From assembly GCA_963664295.1 (NCBI GenBank), contig OY760935.1, positions 384,001 to 448,000 on the forward strand: DNA of 64,000 bases. Reading direction: 5' to 3'. The stretch comes from Candidatus Altimarinota bacterium. Lineage in GTDB: Bacteria > Patescibacteriota > Gracilibacteria > CAIRYL01 > GCA-016699755. The stretch's first letter is position 1. Every line of letters begins with the position of its first letter. Shown here in pieces: positions 29,731 to 38,927 of this stretch. The notes under the pieces were generated by a model. It was not told where the DNA came from. It did not search any database and worked only from the letters and a program-made list of their open reading frames with translations. A program made the translations under genes and the position numbers.

Positions 29731-29764
29731 AAAAAAAACCTTTAAGGTTTAAACTCTTAAAGGC
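29731..29764 (-). terminator. Second, upstream intrinsic terminator in the his leader region
   Basis: GCCUUUAAG-AGUUUAAAC-CUUAAAGGU followed by a U-run. Confidence 0.7.
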
Positions 29765-29805
29765 ATATACTCTGAAACAAAAATAAGGATTATTCCAGGC
29801 AATGC

Positions 29806-29847
29806 CTAGAATTGATGACGAGCCTTATTTGTTTTTACTAACTTCAT
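29806..29847 (-). CDS. Putative upstream uORF MKLVKTNKARHQF
   Basis: ATG 9 nt after a -10 box; TAG stop inside a hairpin. Confidence 0.4.
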   Translation of the reverse strand: MKLVKTNKARHQF

Positions 29848-29856
29848 CGTATTTCT

Positions 29857-29885
29857 AATTTACTACTGACTTTCATTATTGTCAA
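29857..29885 (-). promoter_or_regulatory. Sigma70-type promoter for the his leader/operon
   Basis: TTGACA-17 nt-TAAATT overlapping the end of the efflux adaptor gene. Confidence 0.6.
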
Positions 29886-31803
29886 GTTTTTCTTGATCAT
29901 CACTATTTCCATTAACAGTTTTACTAATTTTTACCTCATCTCCATTTTCTAATCCCAAATTAGTTTCTGCAACTATTGCCTCACCTTCTTCAAGTCCGGA
30001 AATAATCTCTACAAAGCCCTCGCCTCTTCTTCCTATTTCAACAATTCTTCTTTCAACAAAGTTATCCTGAATTACAAATACTGTTGGTGGATTTTTGGAA
30101 ATAAGTGCGCTCAATGGAATACTTAAAAGACTTTCCGCTTTTTTTGCTTTTATTTCTGCTCTAGCAAAAGTATTAGCAAATAAATTTTTCTCTTTATTTT
30201 CAATTTCTATTTCAATTTTTACTTTCCTTGTATTTGGGTCTGCTGTTGGTGAGATATTTTTTATTCGACCTTTTTGTTCAATTTCTTGATTATCAATAAA
30301 AATGTTAGCTGTGTCACCTTCGGCAATTTTTCCAGCTTCCTCAGGAGCAAGATCGCCCTCAAGAGTTAAATAGTCAACCTCAGCAACTGAAAAAAGTTCA
30401 GCACCAGCATTAACAGTGTCACCCTGATCAACACTTTTTGAAACAATAACCCCGCTAACAGGACTTTCTATAGATAACTTTGAGTATGATAATTGTGCTG
30501 AATCAAGTTGTTTCTGTGCAGAATCACGAGCAGAACGAGCATTTTGAATTGCTATTTCATTTTGCTTTTTAGTGTTTTCGAGTTGTGCTTTTGCTGAATC
30601 CAAAGATTTTTGAGCAATTTCTATTTGTGAAGAAGTGGAAACCTTGCTCACATCAAGAGAAGCTTTTGTGTTTTCAAGATTATGCTCAGCTTGCTCAAGA
30701 TTTTCTTTGGCTACTGTCACAGCAAGTTCTCTTGCTCTAATAATTTGCGGTGATTGAATTAAATAATCAGAAATACTTTGAGAAATAGAGGTTAAAGTTG
30801 TCATTTGCACTTCTAATGAGCTTTTTGCCACTGTAATTTCACTTTTTAATCCAGCAAGAGAGCTTGTTGACAAACCTCCATTAGAAATGGTGTTTTGCAA
30901 TACTTCGTCCATTTGCTTCAAAAGTTCTCTATAAACTTTTGCTGTTGTCACACTATCTTTCAATATACTGTCAGCTTCTTCTAAATTACCCATACCTGCA
31001 AATTCACTTTCAAGTGCTTCTAGTTCTCTTTTTGCTGTTTTAAATTGCATTTTTACTTTTGGCATAAGCTCAGGTTTACGAATTGAGAGTATTCCTTCAT
31101 AGCTATCATTTAAATTTTTATTTTGATCAGTCACTCCTAATATCTCATCAACAGACTGCAAGTCGGAACGAAACTCTATTAAAACAACTGAATGAGCATT
31201 TTCCGCATTTTGAAGTAAATTTTTTCTTGTTTTTTCTTGATTTACCTTTTCGTCTGCTAAGTCTTTTTCTGCTATTTGCAAATTAACTTTTGCTGTTTCA
31301 ATCGCATTTTCTAATGATTTAATTTGTTCTTCGTTTGACAAATCTGTGCCTAAATCTGTTTTTTTAGCAACAGCAAGAGAAATTTCAGCTTGTTCGATAG
31401 CAAGCTGGGCAGTTCTTTCACTACTAGAAGCAGAAGAAATGGTAAAATCTAATAATCTTTGAGCATTATTTAAACTATTTTGAGCTGTTTCCAAGGTAAC
31501 CCTTGCAGGATTATCAGAGCTATCAAGACTTAAAAGTAAATCGCCTTTTTTTACGCGATCCCCTTCTTTAAAATTAAGTTTTTTTACAGTACCTGATGTT
31601 TCTGCGGAAATAATAGCCTCTGTTTTTGTTTTTAAATTTCCAGAAAGCTTAAAAATAGGCTGAAAATCTTGCTTTTTAACATCATAAGCAACAAGTTCAC
31701 GAGGTTCTTTTTTTGCTTCTTCTTCTACTTCTTCTGTTTTTCCGCAAGCAGAAAGCGAAAAAGTAAGTACAAAAGCCAATAATATTGAAATATATTTTTT
31801 CAT
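29863..31803 (-). CDS. Efflux RND/HlyD-family periplasmic adaptor, lipoprotein, very long coiled coil
   Basis: LSAC lipobox; SGTV...EGDRVKKGD and SPVSGVI...GDTV lipoyl halves; VEIISGL.EGE. Confidence 0.88.
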   Translation of the reverse strand: MKKYISILLAFVLTFSLSACGKTEEVEEEAKKEPRELVAYDVKKQDFQPIFKLSGNLKTKTEAIISAETSGTVKKLNFKEGDRVKKGDLLLSLDSSDNPARVTLETAQNSLNNAQRLLDFTISSASSSERTAQLAIEQAEISLAVAKKTDLGTDLSNEEQIKSLENAIETAKVNLQIAEKDLADEKVNQEKTRKNLLQNAENAHSVVLIEFRSDLQSVDEILGVTDQNKNLNDSYEGILSIRKPELMPKVKMQFKTAKRELEALESEFAGMGNLEEADSILKDSVTTAKVYRELLKQMDEVLQNTISNGGLSTSSLAGLKSEITVAKSSLEVQMTTLTSISQSISDYLIQSPQIIRARELAVTVAKENLEQAEHNLENTKASLDVSKVSTSSQIEIAQKSLDSAKAQLENTKKQNEIAIQNARSARDSAQKQLDSAQLSYSKLSIESPVSGVIVSKSVDQGDTVNAGAELFSVAEVDYLTLEGDLAPEEAGKIAEGDTANIFIDNQEIEQKGRIKNISPTADPNTRKVKIEIEIENKEKNLFANTFARAEIKAKKAESLLSIPLSALISKNPPTVFVIQDNFVERRIVEIGRRGEGFVEIISGLEEGEAIVAETNLGLENGDEVKISKTVNGNSDDQEKLDNNESQ

Positions 31804-31960
31804 AATTTTTTTTAGGATTGGTTAATCATTATAAAGAAAATAAGAAAAATAAGCAATCCTTTATGTTTTTTTAAAAATTAAAAATCCAAAAATCTTGACA
31901 AATAATTTATTTTAATTTTAAATATAATCTAAATTAAATTTAATGCTTATTTTAATAAAA

Positions 31961-32263
31961 ATGGAAAAACACTTAAACAAAGGTGCTTCAGCTACTGACA
32001 CAGACAAAAAACCAGATCAAAAAAGAGTATCTACAACACAAAATAGACCATGTGTACATATTACAGCTTGCCAAAAATTAGGCATTCTTAATGCTGATGG
32101 TTGGCCTGTTGAAAAAATTCCTGGAATAGGTATGGGAGTGATTGACACCTCAGAACAAGTAGCCAATATTCTTAATGATCCAATTTATAGAGATCCAGTA
32201 TTAACAAACACACTAGCACAAAATGCTCATTTTTCTCATACAAGCGAAAAAGAGAAAATATAA
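31961..32263 (+). CDS. Small hypothetical protein (paralogue of the next ORF)
   Basis: Upstream region and N-terminus resemble those of 32315. Confidence 0.55.
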   Translation: MEKHLNKGASATDTDKKPDQKRVSTTQNRPCVHITACQKLGILNADGWPVEKIPGIGMGVIDTSEQVANILNDPIYRDPVLTNTLAQNAHFSHTSEKEKI

Positions 32264-32314
32264 ATTTAATTTTTAATACAATCTAATTAAATTTAATAAT
32301 TATTTTTAATACAA

Positions 32315-32536
32315 ATGGAAAACTTAAACAAAGAGTCTTCAGTTATGAGCTTAAATAAAACACCTTCAGTTATTGGTGCAAATCAAGAAATAATGGAACA
32401 AATTGAAGCTTGCAAAATTACACCTCAGCAAAAAAGAGGAATGATGAACGGTAGCTACTGGGACATGGCTGGATTAAACGAAATTCCCGATACCTCAGGG
32501 CAAATAACCGATATTCTTGAGTGCTTAAGATCTTAG
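32315..32536 (+). CDS. Small hypothetical protein
   Basis: Shares LNK, AC and DTS.Q...IL with the previous ORF. Confidence 0.55.
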   Translation: MENLNKESSVMSLNKTPSVIGANQEIMEQIEACKITPQQKRGMMNGSYWDMAGLNEIPDTSGQITDILECLRS

Positions 32537-32571
32537 TGTAAATAAAGTCCACAATTAAGACTTCTAATTAT

Positions 32572-32600
32572 AAAAACTACAAAAAAATTTGTGGTTTTTT
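32572..32600. terminator. Bidirectional terminator-like hairpin
   Basis: aaaaactacaaa...tttgtggttttt between convergent genes. Confidence 0.55.
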
Positions 32601-32618
32601 AGTATCAAAATATAAACT

Positions 32619-34493
32619 CTACATTCTTTCTGGAATTGGAATATTAAGCATATTTAAACCATTTTTGAGTGTTTGCACACTAATATAAACCAAATATTTT
32701 CTAATTTCTTTCAAATCCCCCTCAGACTTAATCACATGCACAACACTATGAAAATGATTAAAAATTTGCGCAAGGTCATTTAAGTAAACCGCAATATGAT
32801 GAGGTGAACAAGATTTGCAAGCAGTTTGTATAATAGCAGGAAATTCAGCCACTTTTTTCAATAAATCTTTCTCAATTTTTTCCAATTTATCTGCCTTTTG
32901 CCAATTAATTTGCTTTACATCAGCCAATTCCCCTGCTTTTCGCAAAATACTCTCCCCTCTCACAATAGAATATTGAAGATAAGGCCCACTTTTACCTTTC
33001 ATAGAAAGAATTCTTTCCATATCAAAATCAATATTATGCGCAGGCGCATTTTGTAAATCATTATAAAACAAAGCACCAATACCAACTTTTTCCGCAATTT
33101 CTCTTAATTCCTTCTCATTAAAATCTCTTCCCTCCTCTTTCATATTTTTATAAGCCTCATTAACAACAAAGTCTAATAAATCATCAAGCCCGCCAGCACC
33201 AGCACGAGAAGAAATTTTCTTTCCTCCTTCTTTAATCTGACCAAAACCAACATGAACAGCCTCTTTGCCATTTTGATAACCCAACTGACGCACGGTCTCA
33301 AAAATTTGTTTTAAATGAAGATTTTGCTCACTACCAACAACATAAATAGCAAAATCTGGCTTAAAATACTGCTTACGATAATAAAAAGCAGCCACATCTC
33401 TAGTAGAATAATTAGTAGCACCGTCACTTTTTACTAATAAAAAAGTAGGAATTTTTGACTCAGGATTGTTGCGAGTCAAATCACAAACCACCGCATTGCC
33501 GTCTTTAAAGGCAATATTTTTCTCCAAAGCTTCTTCAATAAATTTGTCCATCTTGTCCTGATAAAAACTTTCACCAAGATAAGAGTCAAAATAAACCCCC
33601 ATGCGCTTATACATTTTCTCAAACTCAACAAGCGAACAATCATAAAACTTTTTCCAAAGAGAAAGCATATGCACATCATTATTCTCAAGAGCATGAAAAG
33701 CATTTCTTGCTTTTTCATTTAATTCTTCATTTTCTTTTGCTTCTTTATTAAAATCCGCATAAAGCTGAGCAAGATATTTTACAGGATTTTCCTGACCTTC
33801 AAGCTCTCCACGCTCATCTTTCCAAAGATCATAAGCAACACCAACTTTGCCAAATTGTGTACCCCAATCTCCAAGGTGATTAAGGCGAAAAACAGCATAA
33901 CCACATTTCTCATAAACATTACTCAAAACCTGACCAATAATAGTAGTACGCAAATGACCCACATGCATACTTTTAGCAACATTTGGACTGGAATATTCAA
34001 TCAAAACTTTTTTGCCTTTAAAATCATCATTTTCACCATAACGATTTTTTAAATCTACAACAGATTTAATAATTTCCTCACCAAAAACGGAAAAATCTAA
34101 AGAAAGATTTAAGTAAGGCGGAACAAGCTCAACCATAGTAAGACCAAGGTCGTTTTTTTCGCTATTCAAAGCTTTTTGCAAAGCAGGCAAAAGTTCAGCA
34201 TTATAAGCCTTAATATCTTTCATTAAAACAGGAATACGCAAAGCAATATCCGCAGTAAACTTTGGCGGAACCGGCGCAAGATTTACATCATCAACAGAAA
34301 TGTCCTGACCAAACTCTTTTGAGGCAATTTTAGCAATTTTTTCTGCTAAGTTATGCAAAAAATAATTATCTTTTGAAATATAACCCCGTTTTTCTCGTTC
34401 TTTTGGTCTATTTTTTGCTACTTCAAGGGCAATTTTTTCTAAATTTCTGTTGTGTTCTTGCAATTTCTGCAAATCAAAGTCGTTTTCCGCCAT
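32619..34493 (-). CDS. argS: Arginine--tRNA ligase
   Basis: EYSSPN.AK.MHVGHLR, HLGDWGTQFG, GESFY, GPYLQY, ends PERM. Confidence 0.97.
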   Translation of the reverse strand: MAENDFDLQKLQEHNRNLEKIALEVAKNRPKEREKRGYISKDNYFLHNLAEKIAKIASKEFGQDISVDDVNLAPVPPKFTADIALRIPVLMKDIKAYNAELLPALQKALNSEKNDLGLTMVELVPPYLNLSLDFSVFGEEIIKSVVDLKNRYGENDDFKGKKVLIEYSSPNVAKSMHVGHLRTTIIGQVLSNVYEKCGYAVFRLNHLGDWGTQFGKVGVAYDLWKDERGELEGQENPVKYLAQLYADFNKEAKENEELNEKARNAFHALENNDVHMLSLWKKFYDCSLVEFEKMYKRMGVYFDSYLGESFYQDKMDKFIEEALEKNIAFKDGNAVVCDLTRNNPESKIPTFLLVKSDGATNYSTRDVAAFYYRKQYFKPDFAIYVVGSEQNLHLKQIFETVRQLGYQNGKEAVHVGFGQIKEGGKKISSRAGAGGLDDLLDFVVNEAYKNMKEEGRDFNEKELREIAEKVGIGALFYNDLQNAPAHNIDFDMERILSMKGKSGPYLQYSIVRGESILRKAGELADVKQINWQKADKLEKIEKDLLKKVAEFPAIIQTACKSCSPHHIAVYLNDLAQIFNHFHSVVHVIKSEGDLKEIRKYLVYISVQTLKNGLNMLNIPIPERM

Positions 34494-34612
34494 AAAACTC
34501 TAAATAATCTTTTTGTATGATAGTTTATTTGCAAGAAATTGGGAATATTAAATCATTTCTCATTTTCAAGTATCAAAATACTTATTACTATAAAACATAT
34601 TTAACTAAAAAA

Positions 34613-35137
34613 ATGAAAAAAATCATAATTATAACATTATTAATAATACTAGCCTTGTCTTTGCCTGTTTTATATTTTTGCTTTGAAATTAAGAATCTAG
34701 ATGCATTAAATTTAATAATTATTTATATTACACTTCTCTCATTGTTAATTTACACATTTTTTACTTTTAAAGTCGTAGAGGAGCAAGAAATCTTAAGAAA
34801 AAAGGGGGTTGAACCTTTTTTGACTCTATATCGTGATTGCAAGAGTTATTATATGATTAGAAATATTGGAAATGGACCTGCTATTACAACTAAATTAATT
34901 AAACTTAATAATCAAAATAAAGAAGAAATAATAATAGATATAAAACATTTAAACTACATAAACCCTAATAGTCAACAATTGCAAGGCAAAAACATTAATC
35001 ATGAAATAATAAGTAACATAAAAAACAAAGAACAATTTAAGATAACTTGTTATGATGCCTTAAGGCAAAAACATGAATTTATTTATCAGCTAATAGCTAA
35101 TAATCCTGTGTTCATAAAACATAAAATAAGCAATTAA
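34613..35137 (+). CDS. Hypothetical membrane protein, very AT-rich
   Basis: Two N-terminal TM helices, NIGNGPA motif; start placed at ATG 34613. Confidence 0.6.
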   Translation: MKKIIIITLLIILALSLPVLYFCFEIKNLDALNLIIIYITLLSLLIYTFFTFKVVEEQEILRKKGVEPFLTLYRDCKSYYMIRNIGNGPAITTKLIKLNNQNKEEIIIDIKHLNYINPNSQQLQGKNINHEIISNIKNKEQFKITCYDALRQKHEFIYQLIANNPVFIKHKISN

Positions 35138-35155
35138 TGCTTTAAAACATTAATT

Positions 35156-35340
35156 TGGTTGCGGGGGTAGGAATTTAAAAACCTACTAGCTTCGCGAGTT
35201 ATGAGCTTGCGAATAACCCGATTAATACATATTTAATTTGGTTGCGGAGGTAGGAATTGATTGCTTGTCGTTTCGTGTCCTCGCCACAGCTTTTGCTTTG
35301 GCTCGGTCAGCTCCACTTTCAGCAAAACCTACGAACTTAT
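35156..35340 (-). repeat. Two degenerate copies of the tRNA-fMet 3' half
   Basis: aattcctac(c/t)ccgcaacca copies ending at 35156 and 35239; the second has a 66-nt T-loop insert. Confidence 0.8.
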
Positions 35341-35413
35341 TGTCACGGTCGCAGGCTCAATTCACGCCAAATTAATAAAATAACCTTATGGCTTCGCCAT
35401 AAGAATATTTTTT

Positions 35414-35488
<75 letters not shown>

Positions 35489-35820
35489 TCATTGTTTTGT
35501 TATTACTCTTTCTTCTGTTCGGTCTCATTTTATGAGCCCGCCTGACTAGACTCTCACTGCTCCACCCCGCGTCATTGTTTTGTTGTTACTCTTTCTTCTG
35601 TTCGGTCTCATTTTATGAGCCCGCCTGACTAGATTCTCACTGCTCCACCCCGCGTCATTGTTTTGTTGTTACTCTTTCTTCTGTTCGGTCTCATTTTATG
35701 AGCCCGCCTGACTAGATTCTCACTGCTCCACCCCGCGTTAATCTAACTTTATTTTTTCTTTCTTGGGGGCTCATTTGTTGAGCCCGACGGCCGATTGGCC
35801 TTAGCACTGCTCCACCCCGC
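35489..35820 (-). repeat. 83-bp tandem repeat (3 near-identical copies plus 1 diverged), each containing the tRNA-fMet 5' half
   Basis: cactgctccaccccgc(g) ends at 35571, 35654, 35737 and 35820; ttatgagcccg anticodon segment retained. Confidence 0.9.
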
Positions 35821-35921
35821 ATCATATCAAGCAATTCTTAATAATTTAGCCACTCTTTTAGTGACAAAACTTTTTCAGAGCTTTAAAATACTATCAAATA
35901 ATAAATATTTGTCCAGCTTTT

Positions 35922-36386
35922 ATGCAAATTTCCGAAAAAATCATCAAAATTGCTCTTAAAAATAACTACAAAATTGCTGTAGCAGAAAGTTTTACTGGTG
36001 GCTTAATTGCTAATTCTTTTGTGTCTATTAGTGGTTCTTCTGATGTTTTTTTTGGTGGAATTATTACTAATTGTAATCAGGCAAAAACAAAATTGCTTGA
36101 TATCCCTGAAAAAAAAATTGTTGGCAATAAAGTTTATTCAAAAAATACTGCTGTTTTAATGGCAGAAAGTATTCTCAAAAAAACTAAGGCAAACTTGGCA
36201 ATTTCTTCTACTGGTGTTGCTAGTGGTATTTCGGAGGGTGTTCAAGCTGGCACCTGTTTTATTGGCATTGCTGGCTTGGGCTTTAAAGCCGAGGCCTACG
36301 CACTAAATTTATCTGGTTCTCGTAATGAAATTCGCAAAAAAGCAACTGAAGAAGCACTAAAATTGCTTTTAAATAAAATTTCTTAA
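35922..36386 (+). CDS. CinA C-terminal / PncC NMN deamidase family
   Basis: AVAESFTGG, GSS, K..LL, STGVA, R.EIR. Confidence 0.88.
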   Translation: MQISEKIIKIALKNNYKIAVAESFTGGLIANSFVSISGSSDVFFGGIITNCNQAKTKLLDIPEKKIVGNKVYSKNTAVLMAESILKKTKANLAISSTGVASGISEGVQAGTCFIGIAGLGFKAEAYALNLSGSRNEIRKKATEEALKLLLNKIS

Positions 36387-37447
36387 TTTATTTTGCTCAC
36401 TTCGCCGTTTTTTACTTCATATATATAGTATGGCTCGGATAAAAAAACTGGTGTTTCTGTGCTGTTTATTACTGCTTGTTCATTTTTGATTAACTTTAAG
36501 AATGACCTGCGGTGTATTTCGTCAAGTTCGGAAAATACATCATCAAATAGTAATAATGGTTTTATTTCTTTATTTTCTTGTATGAAATCTCTTTCTGCGA
36601 GTTTGAATGCAAGAATTGCACTGCGCACTTCCCCTCGAGAGGCTTTTTTTGTAAGGTTTTCATCATTTATTAATATTTGAAAATCGTCTCTGTGTGCTCC
36701 CCTGCTGGTTGAACCGATTATTATGTCTTTTTGAAAATTTTTTTCTAAATCTTCTGCTATATTTTCTGATGAAGGTATGAAGTTTATACTTAATTTCTTT
36801 TTATTTTGTGATATTTCCTGAAAATATTTTTCTATTTTTGAGTTTATATACTTCAAAAAATCTTTTCTGTATTGAGTGAGTATTTGACTGTGTTTTATAA
36901 ATTCCTGATCCCAATATTCAAATTCGCTTTTTTCTGCTTGTTGCTCTGCGTATCTTTGCAGTAATTTGTTTCTTTGGCGAAGAATTTTTTCAAATTTTAA
37001 GTGAGACTCAAAATATTCTCTATGCACTGGCGCAACTACTCGAAAAAGCAATTTTCTTCGCTCTGATGGAGATGAAAATGGCAAATTTAAATCATCTGGA
37101 GTGAAAAGTACTGCATAAAATTCTTTTTCTTTAAGAAATTCACTGGTTTTTAGTTTTATTTTATCTTTTTTGAATACTGTTCTTGCTGGTGTTTTTTCCC
37201 AGTATATTTCTAGTGTTTTTTGATTTGCTTCTATGGTTAATTTGGAATAATTTTCTTCTTCTTTGATGTATATTTCTCTTTTTGTGCTTCGAAATGGTTT
37301 TAATATTGCAAAACTATATATTGCTTCGATTATATTGGTCTTTCCTGAGCCATTTTCGCCTATGAAGATGGTGGTTTTTTCGCTAAAACTAATGATATTT
37401 TTTGTGTGATTGCGAAAATTTTCCAATATTATTTGCTTTATGTTCAT
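36383..37447 (-). CDS. recF: DNA replication/repair protein RecF
   Basis: NFRN, GENGSGKTN, GAHRDD, SRGE.R, LLFDDVFSELD; start placed at ATG 37447. Confidence 0.93.
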   Translation of the reverse strand: MNIKQIILENFRNHTKNIISFSEKTTIFIGENGSGKTNIIEAIYSFAILKPFRSTKREIYIKEEENYSKLTIEANQKTLEIYWEKTPARTVFKKDKIKLKTSEFLKEKEFYAVLFTPDDLNLPFSSPSERRKLLFRVVAPVHREYFESHLKFEKILRQRNKLLQRYAEQQAEKSEFEYWDQEFIKHSQILTQYRKDFLKYINSKIEKYFQEISQNKKKLSINFIPSSENIAEDLEKNFQKDIIIGSTSRGAHRDDFQILINDENLTKKASRGEVRSAILAFKLAERDFIQENKEIKPLLLFDDVFSELDEIHRRSFLKLIKNEQAVINSTETPVFLSEPYYIYEVKNGEVSKIN

Positions 37448-37509
37448 CAAATGAATTTTGGTTTTTATTTTCTTTTTTGGCAAGGGAAAGATAAAAAAAC
37501 CCATAAATC

Positions 37510-37530
37510 AAAAAACCCACTCTCGTGGGT
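37510..37530 (-). terminator. Intrinsic terminator upstream of recF
   Basis: ACCCAC-GAGA-GUGGGU followed by a U-run. Confidence 0.65.
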
Positions 37531-37597
37531 GCATTATTATTTTAATCTTATAGCACCGACCTTCCGAGGAATGGGGTTTTGAATTTTCACGAACGAG

Positions 37598-37625
37598 ATT
37601 TTAGCAGTATCAAAAATAATGTCAA
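37598..37625 (-). promoter_or_regulatory. Sigma70-type promoter with extended -10
   Basis: TTGACA-16 nt-TAAAAT, with TGn immediately before the -10. Confidence 0.65.
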
Positions 37626-37682
37626 GACTTTTTTTAAAAAAATATATAAAAAATGTTAAACCTACTTGACTTTTTATTTATT

Positions 37683-37733
37683 TTTATGTTAAATTTACTT
37701 TGAATTTATGTTAAATTTACTTTGAATTTATGT
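37683..37733 (+). repeat. 22-bp tandem repeat directly before the Fic start codon
   Basis: tttatgttaaatttactttgaa x2 plus a partial copy. Confidence 0.85.
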
Positions 37734-38923
37734 CAGAAAATATTTATAAAATAACTGGCTTTGCATCTCCAAATCGCATAATTTACACAAAAAAAACAAT
37801 TAATCAAGCTAAAGAGTTATTTCAAAAAACACCTTTGAGTGACTTCAAAATAGCACCATTAATTGTTGAAAAAAATATTTCTGAACAAGCTTATGCTATT
37901 TCTACTGCTGAAAATGAAAAACTAACCAAGGAAGAAGCAGAAAAAATAATTATTTCACCTGAAATCAAAAGAAGGCTTAATAAATATCGAAATGACAAAA
38001 AAATGTCTATTGAAGAAAAATATGAAAAATTAGAATTTGAAAATGTTAAAAATGTAGAAATTAATTTTGATTCAATTTCTTTTAAAGAGGTTGATTTAAA
38101 CCTAATATTAAAATTGCATTATGAATTAACAATTGGGCTAGATGAATACGCAAAAGACTATGGTGTAAACAAATACAAACCAGGTGAATTAAGAACAAGT
38201 GATAACATAAAAGTAGGAGGTAGAACAAAACAATATAAGCCAATTGAGGCAAAAAAAATTAAGCACGCTTTAACAGTATTAATTAAAGAGTTTTCTCAAA
38301 GAGAAAATATTAATTTAATTGATATCATTGAGTTTCATATTCTTTTTTATGCAATTCACCCTTTTCAAAATGGAAACAAAAGAATAATTAGAGTTATTGA
38401 ATCAATGTTACTAAATCATTACTCTTACAGTGCTAACAGAACAATTTCTCTCTCTATTTACTACAAAGAAAATCAAGACACTTATCATTTTTATCTTTTA
38501 GAAAGTTTGCGCAAAAAAAACCCTAATTTTTTTATCAATTTTGCATTAAGAGGCTATTTTACAATCGGAAAAGAAACGGTGATTTATTCTGCTATTTTTC
38601 ATCGCATAAATCGCATAAACTCAATTAAGCAATATTTAAACAATATTATTACCACATCAAAAAAACAAGAATACATGGACTCTCTTGATACTATAAGTGA
38701 TTTAAGTATTACTTTTAAGCACAAAGAATTTATGGAAAAAATGAAAAATAAAAAATATAAACAAAGTAAAAGCGCTGAGCTTTTAAAGTATCTTTTAAAA
38801 AGTAAATTTATTTATAAGCTTGGCACTGAATATACCCTTTTTAATTCAAAAACGCTAAGTTCAGCACTAAATCATCACACTATATTAGAAAAATTTTATC
38901 TAGAAAACGAAATAATTATTTAA
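37730..38923 (+). CDS. Fic/Doc family protein
   Basis: LH..L, PGELR, HPFQNGNKR..R. Confidence 0.88.
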   Translation: MSENIYKITGFASPNRIIYTKKTINQAKELFQKTPLSDFKIAPLIVEKNISEQAYAISTAENEKLTKEEAEKIIISPEIKRRLNKYRNDKKMSIEEKYEKLEFENVKNVEINFDSISFKEVDLNLILKLHYELTIGLDEYAKDYGVNKYKPGELRTSDNIKVGGRTKQYKPIEAKKIKHALTVLIKEFSQRENINLIDIIEFHILFYAIHPFQNGNKRIIRVIESMLLNHYSYSANRTISLSIYYKENQDTYHFYLLESLRKKNPNFFINFALRGYFTIGKETVIYSAIFHRINRINSIKQYLNNIITTSKKQEYMDSLDTISDLSITFKHKEFMEKMKNKKYKQSKSAELLKYLLKSKFIYKLGTEYTLFNSKTLSSALNHHTILEKFYLENEIII

Positions 38924-38927
38924 AAAA

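Noticed and set aside
34613-35260. Integrated prophage or island at tRNA-fMet
   Set aside because: No integrase, and no cargo genes between the duplicated 3' ends; the AT-rich ORF lies outside them
35261-35326. Hammerhead ribozyme (CUGA..GA, GAAA)
   Set aside because: The core reads CUGACCGA and stem II is not followed by GAAA; the flanking stems do not fit
35489-35820. CRISPR array or additional functional tRNAs
   Set aside because: Intervening sequences are near-identical, and the units lack a T-arm and 3' acceptor strand
37684-37716. dif site (TTATGTTAAAT matches the XerD arm, twice)
   Set aside because: No XerC-like arm ending in ATAA 6 bp upstream of either copy
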